A DNA stretch of 64,000 nt from Lama guanicoe (GCA_013239625.1 MU054220.1:5316626-5380625); one strand, 5' to 3'. Positions 49,978 to 62,705 are shown, numbered from the stretch's first letter. The notes: generated from the letters alone by a model not told the origin. A program made the numbers and translations.

Positions 49978-50515
49978 TGAGTTCCCTTACTGAGTTTGTG
50001 ATTTATCTTTCTATCCAAAACTATATTCCCTTTCTTTGTTCCCTCTGACCTCAATCCCTGTGCTAACTGAACACTAACCAGAGCTAACTGAACACTGACC
50101 GGAGTCAGATGATTAAGATTGCCGTTGTCAATGACATTGTTAATGCGCTAAAATTACTGTTGTGGATATCATCATTAACGTACAAATTCAGGTTGTTTCT
50201 CCAGGGCAAGATGAGCTAACAGATCCCCAAGCCATGGACCATCTGGCTTAAGAATTGTAAACCAAAGACATCCTGAATCCCAAAACTATGACTAAGAAAT
50301 GTCACAGAAATGTCACTGGATGATGATTAATCCCAGACTCTTTGTTTTTCCCCTTAAAAAAACCCTAACTGAAAGACCAAGTTGGAGTGGATCTGAGACT
50401 TTTCTCCCACTCCTTTGCTTGGCGCCTTGCTAATAAACTCTTACTTTGCTGCAAACACCTGCTGTCAGAGTTTGGCTTTCAGTGCCGTGGGCACACAAGC
50501 CTTTGCTCGATAACA
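49978..50515 (+). mobile_element. solo LTR (ERV1-like), ~538 bp
   Basis: TG at 49978 and ...TCGATAACA at 50515, with flanks ATAAC/ATAAT. It has AATAAA at 50432-50437, U3-type tandem repeats (50062-50103, 50295-50316) and no primer-binding site downstream. The left boundary is less certain. Confidence 0.75.
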
Positions 50516-53500
50516 ATAATGTTACTTTGGAAGTTCCATGGACCTTTGACATACAGCTTGGAGATCAACTAAAGTAATATTACCTATTTTTAAAATGAGG
50601 ATTTTGAGGTTTAAACAGGAGAATACCTTGGCAGTTAATGGCAGAGTTGGGACTAGCAAAGTTATGCTGGGTCTCAGTCCAGATTGAGCCTCAGGGTAAA
50701 TCCTTTTCAGTCAGACTACGTTTGCATGAAGTCCTCAGCTGTCTGTCATTGCTGCCGTGGCTATTTCACAATTAAAGAGATAGGAGCCCTGGAAGCCTGT
50801 GTAACTTGCCTTAAGCAGGAAAAGGTGGGTCTTACGGGTTTGAACCTTCTTGATTCATGGGTCTGTTCTGAACTAAACTTTTTTTAGACAAAAGCCTCAT
50901 GGCTTAAGAAAACTCAAAAAAGAAAAAGAAAAACAGAACAAAACAGGCTTGGAGGGAAGAATAATACATAGAAACAATGAGTGACATTTTGCTTTGATGA
51001 TGTCAAGGTCACTTTTAAGTGTTTAGATGCAGTTCATTTATTGTGAATAATCAGATGCTTTTTCTTTTGACTTTTAAGCAAGATCTTCTCTTCCCTTTAG
51101 GTAGTACCAATTGATTATTGGTATATGATCCAGTGCAAGTATAAGTAATGGATCAATGGCTACCCGTAAGATTAACAGATGGCTATTTTCAAAAGAAAAA
51201 AGTGAATTTTTTAATGATCAGTTCCCTTTAGTTCATTTTGCTCTCTCCTTAACACTTACTGTTTGCCGCATTCTGTGATACACAGTGCTGGTTTCTCAGT
51301 ATGTTAAGATATTGTTTTCCTTTGCTGTAATTTGGGAATCAAGCTCACAACTTTAGTGTCAGGAGCCTACCCACAAACCAACTAAACTATCCTACTTGTC
51401 TACCCTTGCTATTTTCAGTTTTGAGTGACCATTCTTGGTGCTTGATCAGGAAGAACAGCAGAAGTGTCAGGACTGACAGAACAAGCCAAAAAGAGATTCA
51501 CAGCCACCTACTCTGTGAGTCCTGGCTTCTGAGATGAAAGTTGAGGCTGCTAAGAGCTACTGCTTTGTTGACTACTCCCTTCATGGACAGAGAACTCTGC
51601 AGATCAGTGAGCCGCTTCTGCTGTCGCTGCGCACTTCACATCCCCTACTCTGCTCCCCTGTGGACTTTAGTGCCATGAAACAAAGTTTTCCTAACACGAC
51701 GGAACAACCTTACTCCCTCTGAAGCTAGAATCCAAAGGAAGGAATGGCTCAAACTGAGCCCCACAGAACCCCTTACCTCACAGTGGCATCTGCACCTCCG
51801 TGCTGTCCTTTTTTGTTATTCAAAGTAAGACCACCACTCTGTTGAAGTAAGTACAGGGAGTTGCTGAGAAGTCAGTTTCTTCCCAGCTCCCTTTTTAGGG
51901 TTCTGTGGAGTTCAGGAGAGAGTCTCAGCAGAGTTTTCTAAAGACACAGCCACATCCTCTACCTGGGTTTGGAAAATCATGCTGCATTTTTTCCCTCACT
52001 CTCCCATCAGCCATCTACCCTTCTGAAATCCAAATTGTAGCTAACAATCTTACTAATGTGAAAGGCAAAAGAGAGCTCAAACCTGGAGTTGTTTTGGGAG
52101 CTCTCAGACTGATAAGACAGTAAAAATGCTGTTTCCCTCGTGAAAATTGAGAGGTTTTTCTTCTTTATTTTTTTTATATGAAATTATTTTGTAAGTTCTC
52201 CACTGACAGTTGTCATGACAAAAGTCATTTGTCATAAAATGAGTTAAGTTCTTGTGCAGAATTATCTTTTAAGAGACAGGGTTTTAAAGATATCAGATAA
52301 ATAAGTGGTTTGAAGGAAACAGAAACTTAGAAAACTTACAAAGCATGGAGGATACTTACTGAAATGGGTTTTATTCCAAATTAGAATTTTGTTTTACGGA
52401 GTCTTGCAGTTGGAAGTCCAGATTTGGATGTAAAGACTACTGTCATTGACGAATACATGGGGACATATGCTGTTCACTGAAATTCATTTTATGTATACCC
52501 TTAAGATCACAAACAGCAATTCTTTTAGATTGTATTTGGAAATAGATCAACTATTTAATCCCCACTTATTCTCCATCTCTCCATGGGTATGGACGCTCAC
52601 ATACACACACACACACATCCTGCCTATTCCAGGCAAACTTTTGAAGGAAAATATGACCTTGAAAATGAATTTAAAAATATACAAATTGCAAATGTGATAT
52701 TGAATACAGAAAAAAATAATACAAAGCAAAACATAATGTTCCTTAGAATATGTTATTTTCAGTTAAATCTCTTCTGTGATTATTCATGTCACAACTGAAA
52801 AAAAAAGACAAACATAAAAGCAAAAAACAGCATTGTCATCTCAGCGTCAAATAAATCTAATAAAATCTTTTCATAGAGAAGATGTATGATCCATAGTAGC
52901 AGCTGTTGCCCGTACCTAGCAATTATAAGCATATTACTTAGTATTTATTAAACACCATAATAGCATAGTGCTATAAAATGAATTCTTTTATCTAGTTCTT
53001 CCTTTCAGGCCAAAAAATAAAAATAAAAGTAAAAAAGAAAGGAAAAGAAAAAAAGTAGGCGGAGAGAGAAAACAGGCAAATTCTTTGGGAGAATGCTAAA
53101 ACAGTTTTGCAAGGTTTGGTAATACATGATATGGTGTGGTTAATTCTGGCCAAATTGGAAGTATCTTGAGGATGAAGTATCTTGATGGGAAGGATACATT
53201 TCTAGGAAATAATGAGTCTTAAGTCTATATAATGAAGTAAGAACAAACCTCAAAGTTAGATACATCAGGGGTTTGAATGTATTGACTCATAACTTCTAGG
53301 GTTCCATAGGTGCAGAGCAACCAGAATTTTTGATATTGCAGAAATTTTGAGCAACTTTTATTCACCACTCAGTCTGATAGGAATTCATAGGAATTTAGGG
53401 GGTGTTTCTCGGTTCCTGCCTCAGTGCACAGGGTGATACAGCCTTAGCTCTGCCCAAGAATATTTTTTTACCTAGACCCAGGACAATATAATAAGGTGAA

Positions 53501-53716
53501 CTGATTTTGTACTATTAGAAACCCTTAAACACATCCCAGATTCCTCTACTATTTCCAACTTGGAATCATTTCCAATCTCAATGGGGCTAACTTTTTCTCT
53601 TCTAAGACTTTGTGTTAAAGATACCTAGTCCTGATATGATCTTCTCTGCCTTCTGCTTCTACCTTCTACTCTTTCTTTCTAACTTCTACTCTTTCCCCTT
53701 GCCTAATAATTTTCCC

Positions 53717-55260
53717 AGTGAATTTGGTAATGTTGCAGGATACAAAATTAATATACAGAAATCAGTTGTGTTTCTATACATTAGCAACGAAGTATCAGAA
53801 AAACAAATTAATGAGACAATCTCATTTACCACCACATCAAAAAGAATAAAAATAAACCTACCCAAGGAGGCAAAGGCCCTATACTCTGAAAACAATCAGA
53901 CACTGATGAAAGAATTGAAGACAACAGAAACAGACAGAAAGATACACTGTGTTCTTGGATTGGAAGACTCAATATTGTTAAAATGGCCATACTACCCAAG
54001 GCAATATATAGATTCAATGTAATCGATATCCAATTACCATGATGTTTTTCACAGAACTGAAACAAAAAATGGCAAAATTTGTGTGGAAAAACAAAAGACC
54101 CCGAATAGCCAAAACAATCTTGAGAAAGAAAAGCAGAGCTGGGGGAATTCTGCTCCCTGACTTCAGACTATCCTACAAAGTTATAGTAGTCAGAAAACTA
54201 TGGTACTGGCACAAAAACAGACACATAGATCAATGGAGCAGGATATAAAATCCAGAAATAAACCCAAGCATTTATGGTTTATTAATCTATGACAAAGGAG
54301 GCAAGAATATTCAATGGAGAAAAGACAGTCTCTTTGATGAGTGATGCTGGGAAAAGTAGACAGCTACATGTAAAAGAATGAAATTAGAATATTCTCCAAC
54401 ACCGTATACAAAAATAAACTCAGAATGGATTAAAGACTTAAATGTAAGACTGGATACTATAAAACTCCTAGAGGAAACATTGGCAGAACACTCTTTGACA
54501 TAAATCGCAACAGTATATTTTTTAAACCAGCTCCTACAGTAATGGAAATAAAAGCAAAAATAAACAAATGGGGCCTAATTAAATTTAAAAGTATTTGTAT
54601 AGCAAAGAAAACCATAAACAAAATGAAAAGACAATCTACAGAATGGGAGAAAATATTTGCAAATGATGTGACCAACAAGGGACTAATTTCCAAAATGTGC
54701 AAACAGCTCATACAGCTTAGTATATATTTAAAAAAAGCAACCCAATCAAAAAATGGGCAGAAAACCTAAATAGACATTTTTCCAAAGAAGACATCCAGAT
54801 GGTCAATAGGCACCTGAAAAGATGCTTAGTATCACTGATTATCAGAGAAATGCAAATCAAAACTACAATGAGGTATCACTTCACAGCAGTCAGAATGGCC
54901 ATCATTAAAAGTCTTCAAATAATAAATGCTAAAGGGATTGTGGACAGAAAGAAACCCTCCTACACTGTTGATGGGAATGTAAATTTGTGCAGCCACTATG
55001 GTGGATAGTATGGAGGTTCCTTAAAAAACTAAAAATAGCATTACCATATGATCCAGAAATCCCACTCCTGGGCATATATCCAAAGAAAACTATAAAGGAC
55101 CTACTGTATAGCACAGGGAACTATATTCCATCTCTTGTAATAAGTTCTAATGGAAAAGAATCTAAGTGTATAATATATGTAATTATAAGTGGATTGCTTT
55201 TCTGTACTCCTGAAACTAACATCATTAAGTTAACTACATGTCAATAAAAATAAAATTAAA
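53717..55260 (+). pseudogene. 5'-truncated L1: ORF2 C-terminal portion (frameshifted) and 3'UTR end
   Basis: ORF-track peptides [65 protein letters not shown] and [25 protein letters not shown] are L1 ORF2p. AATAAA and an A-rich tail lie at 55243-55260. Confidence 0.95.
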
Positions 55261-56423
55261 CAAGTAAACTCAAAGTAGATCAAAGATCTAAAAGTAAGAG
55301 ACAAAACTACAAAAATCTTAGAAAAAGCATAGGGAAAATCTTCATGACATTGGGTTTAGTAATACTTTCTTGGATATGACACCAAAAATAAGGCAATAAA
55401 AGAAAAAATAGTTAAATTGAACCTCAACAACACACAGAATGGGAAAAAATTTGCAAATAATATATTTGATAAGGGATTAATAGCCAGGATATATAAAGAA
55501 CTCCTAGGCTCGAGAACAAGAAAACAACCCAACTGAAAAATGGACAAAGGACTTTAACAGATATTTCTCCAAAGAAGACATACAGATGGCCAATAAGCAC
55601 ATGAAAAGATGCTCAATATTATTAATGTTCAGAGAAATGCAAATAAAAGCCATAATGGGATACCACTTCCTACCTATTAGGATGGCTATTATCAAAACAA
55701 ACAAAAAAAACAAACAAAAACAGAAAATATCAAGTGTTGGTGAGGATGTGGAGAAAGCAGAACTGTTGTGCATTGCTGGTGGGAATGTAAAATGTTGCAG
55801 CTGCTGTGGAAACATTATGATGGTTCCTTTAAAAATTAAACATACAATTACCATATAATCTAGCAATTCTATTTCTGGTTATTTCAGTACTCAAAATAAT
55901 TGAAAACAGAGGTTCAGACAGATATTTGTATACCCATGTTCTCAGCAGCATTATTCACTGTAACCAAAAGGTGGAAACAACCCAAAAGTCCATTGATGGA
56001 TGACTGGATAAACAAAATGTGGTGTGTGTGTATGTATATGTATATGAATATTATTCAGCTTTAAAAAGGAATGAAATTCTGACATATGCTGTAACATGGA
56101 TGAACATTGAAGACATTATGCTGAGTGAAAAAAGCCAGACCTAAATAACAAGTATGATGTGATTCCACTGATATGAGGTACTTAGAATTGTAAAATTCAT
56201 AGAGACAGAAAGTAGAATTGTAGTTTCCAGGGACATGGGGTGGGAGAAATGAGAATTTATTGTTTAAGGGTACAGAGTTTCAGTTTGGGATGATGAAAAA
56301 GTTATGGACATGATGAGTCCAATGGTTATACAAAAATGTAAACATACTTAACACCCCTAGAGTATAAACTTAAATGGTTAAAATGGAAACTTTGTGTTTT
56401 GTATATTTTAACACAATAAAAAA
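55261..56423 (+). mobile_element. second, older L1 (L1MA/MB-like) ORF2 end and 3'UTR
   Basis: MANKHMKRCSILLMFREMQIK peptide, then 3'UTR CATAGAGACAGAAAGTAGAAT...GAGTTTCAGTTTGGGATGATGAAAAAGTT...ACAATAAAAAA. Confidence 0.9.
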
Positions 56424-56639
56424 GTGCAGTTTAAAGAGATATGGAAAGAGATAAGGTCCTGTGGGAACAAATGACACTAAGGGTGTCAGCAATACTTAGA
56501 GGAGGCATTGTTTGAAGAGAACTTTGAAAGATTGCTGGGAATTTATTTAGTTTTGTAATTAATGTAATTGGAACCCAGAACCTTCAAAGCTGAGTGTAAT
56601 TTTGCAATGGCTTTTTCAGTATAAGGTGAGCATATGCCA

Positions 56640-57110
56640 CGTTCATTCCTATGTTCAAATAATATTTACTGAGCATCTACTAAGTACCAGGCATTGTTCT
56701 AGGCATTGGAGATTCTGTGGAGAACAAAACTCCACCATATAGCTTGTATTCTAGTCTGTGTGTGTGTGTGAGTGTGAGGAGGGGTTAATTGGAGGTAAGC
56801 TTGGTAGAAGAGGGACAAATGGGAGATGGCTCTGAATTCAAGCCTAAACACTAGGACTTGCCTTGTGGCCGTAGTATAAAATATGAATTAGCCAGTGTGA
56901 GACAAGTTCAGAGGAAGACCTGTTGAAATAAATGAGTTACACTATGGTAGGAGTAATGAAGGCTTGGACTCAGGAAATGATTGTAGAGAATGGTGAGGAA
57001 GGGGTTTGAAAGGTGGAATCGACCAGGAATGTCAAGTGGATGGGGAGAAGGGGTTAAAGATGAAAATGACTGGTATTTTTTGCTTGGAGGCCTGGGAAGA
57101 ATCAGGAATC
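56640..57110 (-). mobile_element. LINE-2 fragments
   Basis: ATATTTACTGAGCATCTACTAAGTACCAGGCATTGTTCTAGGCATTGGAGAT is the L2 tail in reverse, followed by further degenerate L2. Confidence 0.7.
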
Positions 57111-58449
57111 TAACCTCTTAAGTATAGCCTCCTTTTTGGAAGGTCAAAAAATCCTGAAAGACAGCTCAACCATTTATAATAAGTAACAAAGAGAAAGCAA
57201 TATGGAATCCTTTCTGTAAATTGCAGCATAGGATTAGTGGCTATTCCTCCAGAATTTTGTTTATTGGGTTCTATCATTTAACTACCATTTATTTTGGTAA
57301 AATGTTATTTCTTTGACTCTCTCCACATATCTTATTACTTATCTTCTTATATTGTTGAAAATGTCTTGAGAGTTAAAATAAAAATGTTGTATTTGGTGAA
57401 GATAAATTTATTTCATTTGAGGTATTTGATGACTGACTTAATAAGTATAGTGAGATCATATTTTCACCAAGATGACAGATCAGTCAGGGAATTGTGTCTG
57501 ACTTTTGTATGATAATTAGGTAATTTATTTAATCCAACTCTGGGAAAATGTTTTAGATAAAAAAATAGTGAATTCAGATCAGTCCTGTTTATCACACAGT
57601 GTGCCTGCTTAATGATTTAACAGCCATACTAAACAATTGAGCCTTTAAAGAAGTCGTGCAAGATGAATGTTAATATAGCCTTATAATTGCCTTTCAGATG
57701 TTAGGGAAAATGCTGATTAAAATTTACATTATGGTTCCTGGTAGAGATGGGTGGAAATTAAATATATATTTATAAATAGTTTAATATTGTAAACCATATC
57801 CAAGCAATCAATTTGAGCAGCAGAATAAATACAGTCTCCATTACTTTATAGGTTCATTGTTTATTTTAAAATGTCCTTGGAATGTCACCTGATCAAATCC
57901 ATTTCTGCTCTTTTACAGTGAGTTTCCCTAGTTAGTGACTAACAGTGGCACCACTTGCTCTATGGATGCAAAGGGTAAATGTTAATTGCTGGGAGTTGTT
58001 ACTTATGTAGGTTCTGACTCAGTAAAAATGAGCACCAAAGTGGAAGCCAAGGGACATGACTCTGATCTTGGTTTTGCCTCTATTTGACCTTGAAGAAGTT
58101 ATAAAATCCTTGGGTCTCAGTTTTCCTATTTGCAAAATGGGAGAGTGGAGAGTAGAGAGTAGATGATCTCTCTGACAGGGAGTAAATTTTGTGTATTTTG
58201 ACTACCAACAGACATGGCGTGTCTAAGAATGAGATAGCCATAAAAATTAAGATTAACCCACTAGGACCAAGTTCACATCTAACAGAGTTGGCTTCAGAGT
58301 TATGCTTTTAAGCTGTCAGACTACAAAACTCCCTGATTTCAGGGACTGAATTTCTTTTTCATCTTTGTATTCCCAGTGCCTATCTCATAATATGTACTTG
58401 TCTGAGTTTCATTCAGTAAAAATGTATTGACTGTCTTTGTGCTCAGTAG

Positions 58450-58700
58450 TTTAGCCAGTGGTTAAGGGCCTAAGCTCTGGAATAAAACTGTGTGGTTGCC
58501 TAATGGCAAATGCTGGCTTGTTGCTTACTAGATGTGCAACATTGGGCAAGTTAACTTTTCTGTGCCTCAGTTTTCTTATCTGTAAAATGGAAGTAATAAA
58601 ATACTTCTTATTATGAAATTGTGAAGATTAAATGGCATTATTTATGTAAAGCTTTTGTCATGGTATATGGCACAGAGTAACTGCTTAATGATTTTTTGTT
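58450..58700 (+). mobile_element. MIR SINE
   Basis: AGTGGTTAAGGGCCTAAGCTCTGGA...TTGGGCAAGTTAACTTTTCTGTGCCTCAGTTTTCTTATCTGTAAAATGG. Confidence 0.85.
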
Positions 58701-58714
58701 GTGATGGTGGTAAT

Positions 58715-58800
58715 GAGGAGGAGGAAAAGGAAGAGGAAGAGGAGGAAGGTGGGGAGCAGAAGAAGGAGGAGTAGGAAGAGGGGGAAGAGGAGGAAAGAGG
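58715..58800. repeat. (GGA/GAA)n purine-rich low-complexity tract
   Basis: Directly visible. Confidence 0.9.
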
Positions 58801-58990
58801 CCCTGGGGCCACAGTGAATATTTACTGAGTAAGTACAAGTCTTTATATTTCTCCATCTGTAGCCCAGATCTGCCCTAGTGTTATCTTGATTTTGTCACTT
58901 GATCCAACACCCTTCTAGGTTCATGCTTTCTTGATTTGATATATGGGCAGGCAAAGGCCCTTCCTGGTCTGTTTGAGACAAAATGCTTGG

Positions 58991-61608
58991 TTTTTATTTC
59001 TGTTTTTTAAAATCAAAATTATACTTGTACACAGTTTAAAGAGGTACAGCTACAATTTACTGTACAATTCTTGTTATGAAAACGATAATCCCTTAAGCCC
59101 TTTTTGTATCTCCTATTCTGTAGAGGCAACCAATTTCAACTCTTTCAGCTGATTCTTTTGAATCATGTATTTAAATAATATACTGGTATTGCAATTTCTG
59201 GATAGGCTACTTTTAGGCATAATCTATTGATTTCCCACAATAGAAGATGAGGATTTAGCTGTCTTTGATCACTGCCACCTCATAGACACGTGCACACCTC
59301 ATCTCTGCACCCTCCCCAGTAGCTACCCTTAGAAGTGTATTTGGGTCACTATTCAGTGTTTATTATGAATAGTAAACATTATTTGTAGCTGAGCCATGTA
59401 GTACGCATAATTTCTTTTCCTTTCATACATGACATTTTTTTTTCTTGGTCTTAGTAATTATTGTTTTTGATTTGTATTGTTTCATAGTTGGCTTATTTTT
59501 CAATGACTCAGTAGTTAACCCATCTCTGCAATCTTCCCCCTTTGAGTGAATTTCCTCTGAATATCGTCAAATGCATTAAGTGTTAGTTTTACTCTTATTT
59601 CTTGAAATAATTTTCCTAAAGCCTTTGGACCAGTTTGCTCCCTCAGTGTTGCATTAGGAATCTGTCTTCGCCATTAGCCTGTTATTCCTCTGCCCTCTCT
59701 TTTATTAATTACAAATTTTCCTTTTTCCTAGTTTACTTCCTAATTTTGGTGAGGTGTGGCCTCCAGTACTTTGCTGAGGAAGGAAGTATAGGAAGCAAAG
59801 TTTTGAGGTCTTTCACATCTAGAAATATATTCATCATATTCTCACACTAATTGATAGTTTGACTAGATGTGCAATTGTTGGGTGGAAATTTTTCCCTCAG
59901 AATCTGAAGCATTACTCCGTTCTTTCTTTTGGCTTCCAGTGTTGTCACTGAGAAGTTCTGAGCCATTCCTATTCTAAAATCTTTGCGTGAAATTTCCTTT
60001 CCCTCTCTGGAAGCTTTTAGGATATATTCTGTATTCTCAGTGTTTTCAAACATGATGATGATGTTGTATCTTGGAATGTCTATTTTCATTTTCTATGTTG
60101 GTCGTATGATGGATGGCCCATTATTCTGTAAACTTATTTCCTTCAGTTCCAGAAATTTTCTTTAATTATTTCCTTAATGATTCCCTACTCTCTCGCCCAC
60201 TTCCTCCTCTCTCTTTCTTTCTCATCTCTTTTCTTGCATTCTGGAATACCTATTACTCTGACATTAAACCTACTGGATGGGTCCTCTAGTTTTAAAAATC
60301 TTTTTCCCTCTATTTTCTATTTCCTTGTCTTCCTGTTGCCTTAAAAAAAAATAATTGCCCACGATTCTATTGAGTTGTTTTCATTTCTGCTATAGCATTT
60401 TTATTGCCAAAGACTATTCTTTTTCATTCTTTAAATGTTCTGGTGTTTTATACCACTGTTTTCTTGATTCATCAACTCAATATCTACTCTTGGATACTTA
60501 TGATTTAAATGCTAAATTGCTGTTTGGTAGTTTGTTTAATTTTTTCCCCATTACTTTTCATTCCTCCATGTGTTTTTTTTTTTCCTCTCTTTTTCTTTCC
60601 TCCTGTCTGTTTGGTTTCTGTCAATTATTTTAGAGGCATGCCATTAATAGCTGATGATCATTGGCTATCTGCTCATATTTAAGAGTGGGACACTCAGAAA
60701 CTGATTGGGAATTCTGTATGTATAAATGAGTCTTTTCAAATTTGGTTTTCAGTTGAGGACTATCTGGCTGGCTGTTTCCTTGAAGAACTGCCTATGTCCA
60801 TATCTTTAGTTATTTTCTTTGGGCTGGTCAGATTCCTCAGAAAAAGGTCTTCCAGTCTCTTGCTTAGTGGGGATATGGCTGGCTTCCAGTATTACAGAAA
60901 AGGCAGATGCAGGAAAAAGCTGGGGCCTCAACATTCAGTATGGATGCTTTTATTCCGCATGGCCCCATTTCATTATGGTAGTCCTTACTTAACCATGCCT
61001 AGGGGCTCTGAGTATAGAAACCCCATGTTTTCGTATTTTCAGAGAAAAAAATCTCACCTTTGTGTTGAGATAAGATGAAATCTTGGGACCTAGCTACTGT
61101 TTAAATACTTTGCACCAAGTTTTCTTTCTTTCTTTCCTTCCTTCTTTTCTTTCCTTCCTTTTTTCTTCCTTCCTTCTTTCTTTCCTTTTTTCTTTTGCTT
61201 TCTTGCTTTCTTACTTTCTTTCTTTCTTTTTCTTTCTTTCTTCTTTCCTTCTTCCTTCCTTCCTTCCTTCCTACCTTATCTCCACCCTTATTTTCAAAGA
61301 TACCTAGTGCTTGCTAATTGTTGAACTCTTTGGAGGACCATGAAGTATAAAATGATTTGCTTCTTGTCTTTTCCTACTGCTGACTGATTTCTCCCTCTCC
61401 CTTTTCTGCTAAATCAGTTATCTCTCACCTGTCTACTTTACAGCTTCTAAAATGATGAAACTTTGCTGTTAATTGTCTCTTCTTCTTCATGATTTGTCTT
61501 TGTGGGCTGTCTTTTAAATTGTATTAATTTAATACAATTTGTATTAATAGGGTTTTAGGAGTGAGTTGAGACTATTACTTGAGTTCATTCTGTTGTTTAA
61601 ATTAGGAG
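58991..61608 (-). mobile_element. HAL1-like (ORF1-only L1 derivative) element, near full length
   Basis: The minus ORF 59847-60089 (PRYNIIIMF...ILKASRE...FRIGMAQNFSVTTLEAKRK...QILREK) is L1 ORF1p-like. No ORF2 follows; there is instead ~0.85 kb of UTR and a T-rich end near 58991. An old-L1-type 5' end lies near 61600. Confidence 0.6.
61120..61272. repeat. (CTTT/CCTT)n microsatellite
   Basis: Directly visible. Confidence 0.95.
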
Positions 61609-62269
61609 AACAAGTGTGTATTCTTTCCTTAGTGTTGGATTCAACCCATGAAGCTCTTCACAGCAGCCTTTGCTTGTGACAGCTCCTTAAAGTTCCTTTC
61701 AGTTTTGTACATCATAACATAATTTTCTTAACATCTTTTGTGGGCCTCTGACCAGATGCTGACATGGAATCTGCCTTCATTTAACACACTGATCTGCTCC
61801 AGACTTTTCTCCAGCTGGTGAATGTCAGTGCCAGGGTCTATATTTCAGAACTGGCTAAAAGGAAAACCATGGTTGGATTGTGTTTTTTTAATCAATTTTA
61901 CACAGTTGGAGAGTAACTGCTTATTTGACTAAATTCAGTTCTATCAATTTGGGCTCTTTCTGGGTTGAAGAGAGAAAATACACAATTTAAACTGCTTTAA
62001 GTATTTCTTGGTTCACCATATTAAAAGGTTTAGGGTAGTTTTGGTATCAGTCTTGGTTTGATTCAGCAGCTCCTATGGTGTTAGAATGTTTTTCTCTTTA
62101 ATTATGCTTTCTTGAATCAGTTTTGAAATGATTGATTCCTAAGACACAAATTCATGAGAATAAATAATGATAACATTAAAAGTAATAAAAACACATATTA
62201 TGTATTGATATTATATATGTTTAAAAAGTATAATGCCTAACCCATAGTGTACACTCAATATGATCATTG

Positions 62270-62705
62270 TTAGCAGCGCTAGTCATTCTGTTTCTGTGTT
62301 AATCTTTGCAACAACCCTATGTGGTATTGCTACTATTATACCCATTTTATAGTTCTGAAAACCAAGGACAGTTAGTAAACTTGTCCAAAGTCATAGAGCA
62401 ATGAAGTAACAAAGCTGAGGTTTGAACTGAGGCAAACCCTTTTCAAGGTCGAATGCTTAGTGTCAAGGCACCACTGACTTTATGAACAGCAGTCCTGTTT
62501 ATTGACATTCACTACACCTTAGAAACTGGCTCTTTTCATCTCATTTGACTATCCTAATGTATGCAGGCTGGTAGTATTTTTCCTCTATTGAGATAGGAAG
62601 ACTGAGTTTTAAAGCATTTAGGTGATTTTTCCACGCTATCCAGCTCTACATAGCAGAACAAGGAGTTGGACTTAAGCTGCATTTTTCCTACCCTACACTG
62701 TGCTA
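62270..62705 (-). mobile_element. two tandem MIR SINEs
   Basis: TAATCTTTGCAACAACCCTATGTGG...CCCATTTTATAGTTCTGAAAACCAAGG, and a second core at ~62580. Confidence 0.7.

Noticed and set aside
53612..55866. Cluster of ORFs as a functional gene
   Set aside because: They are frameshifted pieces of L1 ORF2p and their antisense shadows.
61083..61307. Hydrophobic F/L/S-rich ORF resembling a membrane protein
   Set aside because: It is a translation of a (CTTT/CCTT)n microsatellite.
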